DNA from: Candidatus Thorarchaeota archaeon
Lineage (GTDB): Archaea > Asgardarchaeota > Thorarchaeia > Thorarchaeales > Thorarchaeaceae
Direction of reading: 5' to 3'
Length of the DNA stretch: 28,091 nucleotides
NCBI GenBank assembly: GCA_003345555.1
Contig: PRDJ01000047.1
Location: forward strand, 1-28,091
Position 1 is the first letter of the stretch. Each line of letters starts with the position of its first letter. Of the stretch, positions 12,931 through 21,610 are shown one piece after another. Under the pieces are notes generated by a model. It did no database searches. It was given only the letters and a program-made list of their open reading frames with translations, and was not told where the DNA came from. The translations under genes were made by a program, and so were the position numbers.

Positions 12931-13635
12931 TCATTCGGAGCGACATTCCCTTTGTTTTGAGATTAGGTCGCCGATTCCGTGCCTGGCCATACTCAGCATG
13001 AGGTCTAGCGTCTCGCGATTGAAGACCCCATTCTCGCCTGTGCCTTGGACCTCCGCGAAATCCTCGCCTCGCATGACGACGTTCATGTCCACTGTAGCCC
13101 TGGAATCCTCCGGATATGATAGGTCAAGTAGGACCTCACCATCCACTACCCCGACACTCACTGCAGCCACGTAGCCCTGCACCGGGACCTTGGTTATTAT
13201 GCCCATGCTTACCATGTAGTCGAGTGCATCACAAAGTGCTACGAACCCTCCGGTAATTGATGCGGTCCTAGTTCCCCCGTCTGCCTGTATGACATCACAG
13301 TCCACCCTGATTTCTCGTTCTCCAAGCTGATTGAGATCGACCGCCGCACGGAGAGACCGCCCTATAAGCCGCTGAATCTCGTGTTCGCGTCCGGTCACCT
13401 TATAGCGATCCGTCCTCTCACTTGTGGCACGCGGGAGCATTCCATATTCGGCCGTCACCCAGCCGCGTCCTGTACCGTTCAGCCAGCTAGGAACCTCTTC
13501 CTCAACGGTTGCGGTGCATATGACTTGCGTATCACCAGTTCTTATCAGAACTGACCCCTCAGGATTCTTTAGGAATCCGCGTACTATCTCTACGGGCCTA
13601 AGCTCGTCATTCGCTCTCCCATCATATCGAGCCAT
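12931..13635 (-). CDS. rph: Ribonuclease PH, bacterial type
   Basis: [57 protein letters not shown]. Confidence 0.93.
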   Translation of the reverse strand: MARYDGRANDELRPVEIVRGFLKNPEGSVLIRTGDTQVICTATVEEEVPSWLNGTGRGWVTAEYGMLPRATSERTDRYKVTGREHEIQRLIGRSLRAAVDLNQLGEREIRVDCDVIQADGGTRTASITGGFVALCDALDYMVSMGIITKVPVQGYVAAVSVGVVDGEVLLDLSYPEDSRATVDMNVVMRGEDFAEVQGTGENGVFNRETLDLMLSMARHGIGDLISKQRECRSE

Positions 13636-13778
13636 AAGACCAGTCTCCGCACACTGGGCGATAGGGGGCTCTATTAATCGCTACCGGATAGGCACTCGAC
13701 AGATAGTTTTATTCTTAACAATGCCACATCTGGCAGGTTAGACTCAATGCAAAGTATCCTGACCGGAGTTGGTCAAAC

Positions 13779-14801
13779 GTGATGAATGTCCGGAAGAAGT
13801 TTGATACCGCTCTATCCGATACCGTCGAAGAATGGAAAAAGAAAGACAAGGTGAGGGGTATCTTTGTTTACGGTTCTTATGCGAAGGGCACTGTGACAGC
13901 GAACTCAGACTTGGATATATGTGTCGTATGGGATAAGGAGGAGGCTCCTGCCAAACTCCCAGCAGACCACAAGGGCATTCGAATTGATATGACCTTCCTG
14001 TATCCGCGAGCTATTGAGGATGCCCTCAGCAACAAGGCGAAAGACTGTCTCGGAGTGGCGGAGGTTGTGTGCAGACTCAAAGGTGCCAGAGTTGTTCATG
14101 ATACAGGTGGCATGCTAAGGAAGTTGCAGCAAAGAGCTCTAGAGTACAAGTGGTCTGAAGATATCATAAAGGGACTCAAAGCGCATGCCGTTGAGTCTCT
14201 TGCTAATGCAGTGCGCCTGTCAGAGCAAGAGGAAGACTGGATGAGCGCCACCTATGAACTGCGAAACGGGCTTTTCGACTTGGGCCGGGTCCTCCTCATG
14301 AAGAACAATATCTTCTGCATCATTAAGCCGTCTGAGGTCTTAAACGAAGTCAGAATGCTCGACCCAATGACCTATGGGCTATTCCTTCGCACTTTCAAGC
14401 TGAAGGGGCTTGAAGAAGAAGACCTGCGCGGCATACTGGGCGACGTGAGGCACTGGGCAGGGATTGCTGAAGAGCGTCTCAAGAAGGCACAGGGAGACAC
14501 TGCGGCCGGACTACTGGCCCAAGCGCAGAGAGAATACTATGGAGCCGGGGGTCTGACAATCGGTGGGGATTACGAGCTGGCAGTCTTCGAGATGCGCCAA
14601 TCAGTGCAAACGCTGGGGCTTGCACTGCTTGCGATAGATGGACTGATAGACCTGGACAGGGGAATGGTCGTGAAGGAACTGCAGGAGCATGAAAGCGAGT
14701 TCTATGACCAAGTGTTTATTGAGTATGGTTCAATCGACTTCCAACCGAAGGAAATAAAGCGAAGCATAGGAGAAGCACAATTCGTCGCTCAAAGACTGTG
14801 A
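13779..14801 (+). CDS. Pol-beta superfamily nucleotidyltransferase with two C-terminal helical (HEPN/KNTase-C-like) repeats
   Basis: IFVYGSYAKG...SDLDI (GS-x9-DxD) and a third Asp in RIDMTF. The start may be ATG 13782. Confidence 0.8.
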   Translation: MMNVRKKFDTALSDTVEEWKKKDKVRGIFVYGSYAKGTVTANSDLDICVVWDKEEAPAKLPADHKGIRIDMTFLYPRAIEDALSNKAKDCLGVAEVVCRLKGARVVHDTGGMLRKLQQRALEYKWSEDIIKGLKAHAVESLANAVRLSEQEEDWMSATYELRNGLFDLGRVLLMKNNIFCIIKPSEVLNEVRMLDPMTYGLFLRTFKLKGLEEEDLRGILGDVRHWAGIAEERLKKAQGDTAAGLLAQAQREYYGAGGLTIGGDYELAVFEMRQSVQTLGLALLAIDGLIDLDRGMVVKELQEHESEFYDQVFIEYGSIDFQPKEIKRSIGEAQFVAQRL

Positions 14802-14862
14802 AGGTTCGGAATCGGTTATATTGATTAGGTCCGTTGTCTCCCATATCCGAAAGTGAGCGGCG

Positions 14863-15564
14863 ATGCCCGAACAGAAGGCGCGCATAGTCAACCTTCTTAG
14901 TGTTCCACTGACAAAAGATAAGCAGTCGGTCCTCCTGTTCGAGTTCAATCTATATGCGTCCCTAACGAACTACATCATCAAGCTAATGATTCGGAAACAG
15001 ATCAACTCGCCATCAAAAGCGGAATCACTGAAAGAGAGTTTCGAGAAGAAGCTCTTCATCTTGGCCATATCATCGGATAGTCCTGAGATAGCTTCATCTG
15101 AGAACGCTCAGAGCGTATTCGAGTCGAGGTTCAACCCTCGTACTTTCGAGCACTACAGAGGAACGCTAGCCCCGGAGCAGGACAATCAACACACTGGACG
15201 TGTTCATCGGTTCGTATCTTCATACTTCAGGGATGTGGTCCGAACTGCCTTGTCAGAAATCGCCCACCATCGCAAACTGGCAGCGACAGTTCGGAGCCTA
15301 GGAGGCAAGACACCGTTCTTCAGGTTCGGCAGGATGATCTTCTCGGCGCCAATTGCTAGTATCACAGAGACGAGCTGCATCATCGTCACGACAAACGGAG
15401 ACGAGATTCCGGTTCCCTTCGATAAGAGAAGCAAGAGTCGCGAAGTAACCATCCTGAACGCGCTTGCTGCCGGCCATCAGAAGTGCGATAGAGTGCGCCT
15501 GAAGTGGCACAAGGAAGGATACCTTGACATAGGTGTTCGTATTCAAAACCCCGTGCTAAGGTAG
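14863..15564 (+). CDS. TnpB/Cas12f-like WED+REC protein lacking the RuvC domain
   Basis: By-eye similarity to the TnpB N-lobe: KARIVNLLSVPLTKDKQSVLL...LTNYII, then KTPFFR, then SITETSCIIVTTNGDEIPVPF, then DRVRLKWHKEGYLDIGVRI, then stop. A TATA-like TTATATT lies at about 14817. The CDS itself is secure (about 0.85); the confidence given is for the family call. Confidence 0.6.
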   Translation: MPEQKARIVNLLSVPLTKDKQSVLLFEFNLYASLTNYIIKLMIRKQINSPSKAESLKESFEKKLFILAISSDSPEIASSENAQSVFESRFNPRTFEHYRGTLAPEQDNQHTGRVHRFVSSYFRDVVRTALSEIAHHRKLAATVRSLGGKTPFFRFGRMIFSAPIASITETSCIIVTTNGDEIPVPFDKRSKSREVTILNALAAGHQKCDRVRLKWHKEGYLDIGVRIQNPVLR

Positions 15565-15565
15565 A

Positions 15566-16453
15566 CTACTTGGCCAATCGGCCCCATGAAATCACAGCTC
15601 CGGAGAAGTCAGAGGAGAATGCCTCTCCGCTGCTTGCCCATGCTACTGATGAAACTCCACCCTCAGCTCTGAGAGCCGTCTTTTCCGAGTTTGTTTCAAT
15701 AGACCATAGCCGGACTGTGCGATCCATACTGCCCGATAGAAGATGTTTGCCGCTAGAGTCTATACAGAGAGATGTTACGACGTCGGAATGTCCAGCAAGC
15801 CGATGCGCCTTCTTAGGATTATCAAGATTGACAGACTGTATGTCGCCGCCATGCATTCCTAAGAAGACACACGATCCGTCCGGCACCGCCGCCATTGACC
15901 TGATTCGTTCGTCATACCTTCCTAGTACAGATAGCATCGTGAATTCTCGCAGGTCCCAAAGCCTGCACTCGCCATCATATGATGCTGTCACGAGCTGAGT
16001 GCCTTCTCTAACAAACGACAAACCGGAGACGTCAGCCATATGGGCGCGTAAGCTCTTCAGGCTCCTCAGGCTCTTTGTTGAGAAGATCCTCACTTCGCCA
16101 TCTCGTGCACCAACCGCCCCTTTCTGTGCCGCTTCCCAAACGGCCATTGCCTTCACTTGGTCATTCTGTCTAAGCAAGTGTGTGCCTTGGACTCCGGCCC
16201 GACTCCACACCCGCGCCGTCTTGTCCCAGCTCGCAGAGAGTATTCGCTTCCCTTCACTGATGAAGAATACTGCTGAAATCGTGGACTCGTGGCCCTTGAG
16301 GACTCGCTGTAACCTGCCGGTTTTGGCATCCAGAAGGATGATGCGTCCGTCCAACGTGCCACACACAAGGCGGAGACCGCTCGGGTCCGCAGAAACACTC
16401 GTAACCGCTGGTGGCTGAGCGCCGGACGGTCTGTAAAGGATTGTTTTCTTCAC
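15566..16453 (-). CDS. WD40-repeat beta-propeller protein (about 7 blades)
   Basis: Repeats LKGHESTISAVFF...SASWDKTARVW, LRAHMADVSGL...TASYDGECRLWD, LAGHSDVVTSL...SGSMDRTVRLWS. Confidence 0.93.
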   Translation of the reverse strand: MKKTILYRPSGAQPPAVTSVSADPSGLRLVCGTLDGRIILLDAKTGRLQRVLKGHESTISAVFFISEGKRILSASWDKTARVWSRAGVQGTHLLRQNDQVKAMAVWEAAQKGAVGARDGEVRIFSTKSLRSLKSLRAHMADVSGLSFVREGTQLVTASYDGECRLWDLREFTMLSVLGRYDERIRSMAAVPDGSCVFLGMHGGDIQSVNLDNPKKAHRLAGHSDVVTSLCIDSSGKHLLSGSMDRTVRLWSIETNSEKTALRAEGGVSSVAWASSGEAFSSDFSGAVISWGRLAK

Positions 16454-16523
16454 AAGTAATCACCAAAGCGAGCCTAAGTCACAGAATATCCCTGCCCTTA
16501 GGAAAGAGCATGAGCAGAAATAA

Positions 16524-17531
16524 CTACCTCTGTCTGAGTCGTGAGTATGCAACCAAGCATACGACGAAGAGAAGAATGAGTAGGGGAACATATGCAAGAA
16601 AGCCGGTGTCCTGAGAGAAGCTTGTGGTGTTGTTTGCATATTGAACAACGAAAGTCTCGAGAACTTGGCCAACAATCTCAAGGCTTCCCGCACTGCATTT
16701 GTCAGGTGTATCTTCAAGAGTATGCCAGTACGATGGAAATGGATTGTGCTGAATTATATCCAAAGAGGGAATGCCAGCACTCAGGAACGGCCTGTGGTCA
16801 TCCAGAATTGAAGCTCCGATGTCATCGAGAAAAGTTCCATTGTGGCCAATATCCTCTGCGATTGACCACAAGTAATCCTGAAGCGATTTGGTTGAACTGG
16901 TTTCCCGCAGCAATCTGACGTTCGTATCACCAACCATGTCAAGCAGAATCATCGCCCGAATGGTTGTCTTTCGGTCGCTGCTGAGTTGTCCAACATAGTA
17001 AGTGGACCCCACTATCCACTGCCAGCTGTTGATGTTTCCCGAATCTTCGGCATCGAAGAACACGAACTCTACTGACCCACGAACTTCCTCTGGCAATGCG
17101 CATGCAAGCTCTAAGAGCACGGCAACTCCGCTCGCACCATCATTAGCACCGATAACTGGTTTCGTCCTGTTAGTGGGATTCGATTCTTGATCGGCCTGAG
17201 GTCGAGTGTCATAGTGCGCACCAAGAATCAAGCACGCGTTGTCAGACGACCCCCACCGGCCGATTATGTTGACACAGGGAACACCCAAGTATGTGAAGTT
17301 CTGCAGAGTGATATTCCAGCCATCGGTTGTCATGCAGCCTACGATATACGCTCTGCACAGGCTAAGGTTATCCGACCCAGGAGGCCTCGGGCCAAAGTCG
17401 CATTGTGAATTCAAATACACAAATGCTTGGGAACCATCAAAGGTAGGTGTGTACGTCGCCTGGACTATCGGCCATACTGGCTGAGTCATGAGCAGGAGTA
17501 GTAGACAGGAACGTAGTTGGAGCAACATCAC
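16524..17531 (-). CDS. Membrane-anchored M28 family peptidase (glutaminyl-cyclase-like)
   Basis: Signal peptide, GAHYDTRP, GANDGASG, FFDAED, LLDMVG, DDHRPF, YWHT, C-terminal TM helix. Confidence 0.9.
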   Translation of the reverse strand: MMLLQLRSCLLLLLMTQPVWPIVQATYTPTFDGSQAFVYLNSQCDFGPRPPGSDNLSLCRAYIVGCMTTDGWNITLQNFTYLGVPCVNIIGRWGSSDNACLILGAHYDTRPQADQESNPTNRTKPVIGANDGASGVAVLLELACALPEEVRGSVEFVFFDAEDSGNINSWQWIVGSTYYVGQLSSDRKTTIRAMILLDMVGDTNVRLLRETSSTKSLQDYLWSIAEDIGHNGTFLDDIGASILDDHRPFLSAGIPSLDIIQHNPFPSYWHTLEDTPDKCSAGSLEIVGQVLETFVVQYANNTTSFSQDTGFLAYVPLLILLFVVCLVAYSRLRQR

Positions 17532-17551
17532 TTCCTCCAGACAGAAAGAAC

Positions 17552-18790
17552 CTAGCCAGCAGATTTCCGATGAGCTGTATCTTTCCGCGTTTCAAGATAG
17601 TGCCGTAGTATACCGGGCAACTCTCGGGGCAGCCTCCGGATGACTGTAATAGGTATGTCGGAATATCCAATCTCGCCTCGTGCAAGCATTACCATCACTT
17701 CTGAAGCAAGTCTGTATCCGCTGGCACGAGACAGAACGAAGTCGGCAAACGACGCCCCTCTCATACCGGCCCATGCGGCCATTGCGAAACTGGACCCGAA
17801 CGCCTTATGACAGAGAGTATCATATTCACTGAGGAAGGCTCCATCATACCTACCACGTTCGGCCGCTCTGGCGGCCACCTTCGCTGCGAAGACCCCGGAC
17901 CTCATAGCGTAGGCAATCCCTTCGCCCATCATTGGATCCACAAAACCAGCAGCATCCCCTACGAGTATAGCATGGTCCATGACGTTCCTAGAGTGCAGTC
18001 CGTCGGCCCCGAGAAAATAGGTTCTTCTTCTTGCAGCCGGCAGGCTGAGTCCAAGTCTCTTTTCAACGCTTGATACAAAACCGTCGAACGCGGGTCGGAG
18101 AGGATACATGTGGACAGCTGCACCCGCGATGCCAATCCCAAGGTGTTCTCTCTTCGGGAAGACCCACCCGTAGCTCACCTTCCCCTGCACTGGCGCTACT
18201 TCAAGGATGTAGGGCCTGCCATGTGTGGCCTCCATTACACCGTCTTCTCCCACATGGAAGTCAGATTCCATGCCAAGGCCAACTCTTGACAGGTCCTTGC
18301 GCTCAGGCCTCAGACCTAGAGACCGACTTACGATTGAATTGACGCCGTCTGCGCCTATGATTATCCGGGAATTCAACTCTCGTCCGTCACTCAGCTTTGT
18401 CACAGCACGGTCGCTGGTCACACGGGCATTCACAACTCTTGCCTCTTCAAGAAGCTCGGCTCCCGAATCGACCGCTCTCCGAGCGAGATACTCATCGAAC
18501 TCTGACCGCATTGTAGTTATGCCCATCAGCCTATCAGAGACGAACTCGGCACTCTTACCGCTAGGAAGTATGAATCTCATTCCGTAGATTCTGCGTTCCA
18601 CCAGGTCAGCAGGTATCTTGCCCCTCAGAACGCTAATCCCCCGATACATCACGGCCCCGCCACAGGGCTTGTCTCTCGGTAAGAGACACTTCTCAAGCAG
18701 TAGTGTCTTCAACCCCTGTGCGGCACAATCACTTGCAGCAACCGACCCAGCAGGTCCCGCACCCACTACTATGACATCGTAGGATACCAT
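17552..18790 (-). CDS. Geranylgeranyl reductase family FAD-dependent oxidoreductase
   Basis: VIVVGAGPAGS, KPCGG, IIGADG, YGWVFP, VGDAAGFVDPMMGEGI. Confidence 0.9.
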   Translation of the reverse strand: MVSYDVIVVGAGPAGSVAASDCAAQGLKTLLLEKCLLPRDKPCGGAVMYRGISVLRGKIPADLVERRIYGMRFILPSGKSAEFVSDRLMGITTMRSEFDEYLARRAVDSGAELLEEARVVNARVTSDRAVTKLSDGRELNSRIIIGADGVNSIVSRSLGLRPERKDLSRVGLGMESDFHVGEDGVMEATHGRPYILEVAPVQGKVSYGWVFPKREHLGIGIAGAAVHMYPLRPAFDGFVSSVEKRLGLSLPAARRRTYFLGADGLHSRNVMDHAILVGDAAGFVDPMMGEGIAYAMRSGVFAAKVAARAAERGRYDGAFLSEYDTLCHKAFGSSFAMAAWAGMRGASFADFVLSRASGYRLASEVMVMLARGEIGYSDIPITVIRRLPRELPGILRHYLETRKDTAHRKSAG

Positions 18791-18988
18791 CGTGGTCTCC
18801 TCCCCGATAGCAATGCCGGTGGTCCAGAAGACTATGTCAGGCCGCCTGCTTCGGCACTTCAGACGACTGACTGCGGATGTCTCTATTTATGGTTACTGGC
18901 TTCTCCAATCAGCAACCAGTGGATTAAGTAAGCCATTTGTCAGAATAGTACAATCGGTCCATTCGTAACATGGGCACAGGCCCGTGTT

Positions 18989-19636
18989 TCATATATCTCT
19001 GCATGACTCACAGCCCGGTCTCGGTCTCAGACCTAGACGACGCATAATCTTGCCGCCGGGATATTGTCGTTCAGCAGAAGCACCTTGGGCTGCCTCTAAC
19101 TGTATTGACCTCCGGTTCACCTCCTTGAAGCCATATGCGGTGATTAGCATCTTGGATGGATTGTTCTCTTCGTATACTTCGCAGTAGACTTCATTCACGC
19201 CAGCATCCAGAAAGTACTTGGTCGCTCTGCGAATCAACGCGGTAGCTACACCTTTTCTGCGACGCTGCAGAAGCACGCCTATGCCCGTGATTTCGCCATA
19301 GACAGATTCGCCCTCCTTCTCTATGAAGCAAGCAATGAAACCACATGGAATGCCCCAGAGCTCGGCGATGAATATTCCCTCGGTCTCAAGGCGCTTTGCA
19401 TCATCAATTGTCAGAGGACAGAACGGGTCAGGCGAGGCAATAAAGCACCTGTTGTAGAGATCAACAAAGGAGTCGATTTCTTTCTTGCGAAGTCTATGCA
19501 CCTTGATGTAGTTGGGTACTTCCTTCTCTTTCCACCGTTCTGCAGCAAGCTTGAGAGCCTCTTGGGTTTCAGCTCTCATGACTATGTATGACCTCTGCCG
19601 TCCAGTGCCTCTTGGCTTAGCCTTGCTCTCGACCAC
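18989..19636 (-). CDS. GNAT family N-acetyltransferase
   Basis: EITGIGVLLQRRRKGVATALI (acetyl-CoA motif A) and ENNPSKMLITAYGF. C-terminal CESC. Confidence 0.88.
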   Translation of the reverse strand: MVESKAKPRGTGRQRSYIVMRAETQEALKLAAERWKEKEVPNYIKVHRLRKKEIDSFVDLYNRCFIASPDPFCPLTIDDAKRLETEGIFIAELWGIPCGFIACFIEKEGESVYGEITGIGVLLQRRRKGVATALIRRATKYFLDAGVNEVYCEVYEENNPSKMLITAYGFKEVNRRSIQLEAAQGASAERQYPGGKIMRRLGLRPRPGCESCRDI

Positions 19637-19687
19637 TCCAACACCCCACCGATCTCAAATCAACTCCGCAAGATGTCCTAAGACCAT

Positions 19688-20467
19688 TCAGATACTAGTT
19701 GCGAGCCCCTTGAATAGGCGATCAATGGCCCGGATGGTCGCTCTTGTTTCCTTCTCGATGGCCTCTATGAGAAGAGGACTCTGCTCACCAGTTTTTTGAC
19801 TCTCGTCGCGTTGCTCCTTTTTTGGGTCTCTGTGTAGATTGCCATCCACGGCAAGAATCGAAGCGGCACGAAGCCCGTGTGTCTGAGCAAATACAAACAA
19901 CAAAGAGCTCTCCATCTCAATGCATTTCACATTGCAGCGCGTCCACAAATCAAGCTGATTATTCTCGGGAGTTGCATAGTACACATCGCTTGTCCAGCAA
20001 ACACCTGAATGTAACCTATCGGCCGGGAATAGGGCTGACATCTCATCAAACAGCGCTCTGTGCAAGTCAGCAGATGCCACAGCAGGATATTGAATCGGGG
20101 CATAGTTCATGCTTGTTCTCTCATCCCGAATCGAACCGATAGGAACCACAACGTCCCCCGTCTTTACTGAGAGGTCAATTCCTCCGCATGTGCCTACCCG
20201 TATGATGTTCTGCGCACCTAGCTTTGCAAGCTCCTCCAAGCATATGTGTGTCGACGGGGTGCCCATCCCGGTACCAGAAACTGTGACTGCAACACCAGCT
20301 GGAGTGTAGGCCCTATAGGTCACAAGACCGCGATTCCGTGAAATCTCCTCCGCCCTCTTCATCTGAGATGCAATCAAAGGGACTCGGTCCGGATTACCAG
20401 TGATGATCACTACCTTCTCCACATCGCCTTCACCGACTCGAAGATGAGGTTGTATTCTCAGCTTCAT
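19688..20467 (-). CDS. udp: Uridine/purine nucleoside phosphorylase (PNP_UDP_1)
   Basis: IITGNPDRV, SGTGMGTPS, IRVGTCGG, IRDERTS, CIEMESS. Confidence 0.88.
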   Translation of the reverse strand: MKLRIQPHLRVGEGDVEKVVIITGNPDRVPLIASQMKRAEEISRNRGLVTYRAYTPAGVAVTVSGTGMGTPSTHICLEELAKLGAQNIIRVGTCGGIDLSVKTGDVVVPIGSIRDERTSMNYAPIQYPAVASADLHRALFDEMSALFPADRLHSGVCWTSDVYYATPENNQLDLWTRCNVKCIEMESSLLFVFAQTHGLRAASILAVDGNLHRDPKKEQRDESQKTGEQSPLLIEAIEKETRATIRAIDRLFKGLATSI

Positions 20468-20590
20468 CAGATTCGCACATCCTGCTTAGTGGGTCGGCGC
20501 TCATCACTGCGATGACTACGCCATGCAACGGTCCATGAGGATGGTAAGGAGCTATATCAATTGACCGCCTTCACCGTTGACGAATTCTCT

Positions 20591-20785
20591 CTACGACCGT
20601 AGGCCTTCCATGCGACCAATCACACAATCAATGCAGACCCATCTTCCATGGATCAAGAATGCCCTTCTAAGTCTAGGTGGAGACGAGCCGCATACATCGC
20701 ATGAACGGGACTCGTTCTCATAGCTTTCTGAAAGGAAGACAAACAGCAATGAGAGCAGTTCGTGAACACCGGTCGTCACTTGCAT
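20591..20785 (-). CDS. Small zinc-finger protein (start uncertain)
   Basis: CDVCG-x16-WVCIDC double CxxC motif. It fills the gap between afpA and udp in the same orientation. Confidence 0.6.
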   Translation of the reverse strand: MQVTTGVHELLSLLFVFLSESYENESRSCDVCGSSPPRLRRAFLIHGRWVCIDCVIGRMEGLRS

Positions 20786-20870
20786 ACGTAGTCATATCCG
20801 CCAATGCCCTCTAGTTCGCACCTTATTAGGGCCACCCGGACGCTACGGTGCATCCAGTTGAAAGCGATGC

Positions 20871-21431
20871 TCAAGAGGTCATCATGAGTGCTTTGATTTG
20901 CTCTGCTAGCTCGGTCACTGACCCCACTACTCTGACGCCTTCCATCTTGCGTAGACGTTCTGAGTTCTCAAGGTCAACTCTGCGCGTTCTTATCTTGACA
21001 AGCATTCCTTCAGGTGACATGGTCTCGGTTTCGCCAGGATGCTGGTCAACGGGAAACAAAATCACGCGCGTGTTTCCTTTTAGTGCCTGAGCAACCGCAT
21101 TGGTGATTAGCGTGTCTGCTATTCCGTAGGCAATCTTGCTAGCAGAATTCGCAGTAAGTGGTGCCACAACGAGTGCATCATATTCTCCCACCTGAAGAGG
21201 CCCTGCAATGAATGGTGTATTAGCATCGACTTCTGTCTTGACCTTGGTGAAAGACTCATTGAGCAAGTTCCAAAGCTTGTACCAGTGGAGAACTTGCCGT
21301 CCGGCTTTTGAAACAAACACATCAACTCTTGCACCAATGTCTTCCTGAACCCGAGTCATGGTTTCTATGACATCACGTATCTTGTCACCAGAACCTGTTA
21401 TTCCCCAAGCAATTCGTACCAATTCCGTCAT
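20871..21431 (-). CDS. afpA: Archaeoflavoprotein AfpA (HFCD flavoprotein family)
   Basis: RIAWGITGSGDK, VFVSKAGRQVLHWYKLW, DANTPFIAGPLQVGEYD, APLTANSASKIAYGIADTLITNAVAQA. Start moved to ATG 21431. Confidence 0.88.
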   Translation of the reverse strand: MTELVRIAWGITGSGDKIRDVIETMTRVQEDIGARVDVFVSKAGRQVLHWYKLWNLLNESFTKVKTEVDANTPFIAGPLQVGEYDALVVAPLTANSASKIAYGIADTLITNAVAQALKGNTRVILFPVDQHPGETETMSPEGMLVKIRTRRVDLENSERLRKMEGVRVVGSVTELAEQIKALMMTS

Positions 21432-21610
21432 CGTGAGACTCGGCGCACACCCACCGAAATATCTAGTTATGGTCACAGACGCCTTCATAGCCACCGTGAA
21501 GGATGCTATACAGAGTCGGACAATGACGGGTGAATGATGGCAGAGTTCATTATGCTGCTTTCGCATTCATGAACACGGTTGCATAGCACCTACCTGTCGG
21601 TGGCCTCGGA

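Noticed and set aside
13779-14801. MNT-HEPN toxin-antitoxin pair
   Set aside because: It is a single fused ORF with no Rx4-6H motif in the helical units and no separate adjacent HEPN gene.
14802-15565. Active IS200/IS605 element or functional Cas12 nuclease
   Set aside because: No RuvC motifs, no transposase, no convincing terminal hairpins (only a 6-bp TTCGGA/TCCGAA match) and no CRISPR array.
21432-21566. 45-aa N-terminal extension of AfpA in the ORF track
   Set aside because: Family similarity starts at MTELVRIAWG (ATG 21431). The extension occupies the divergent promoter region.
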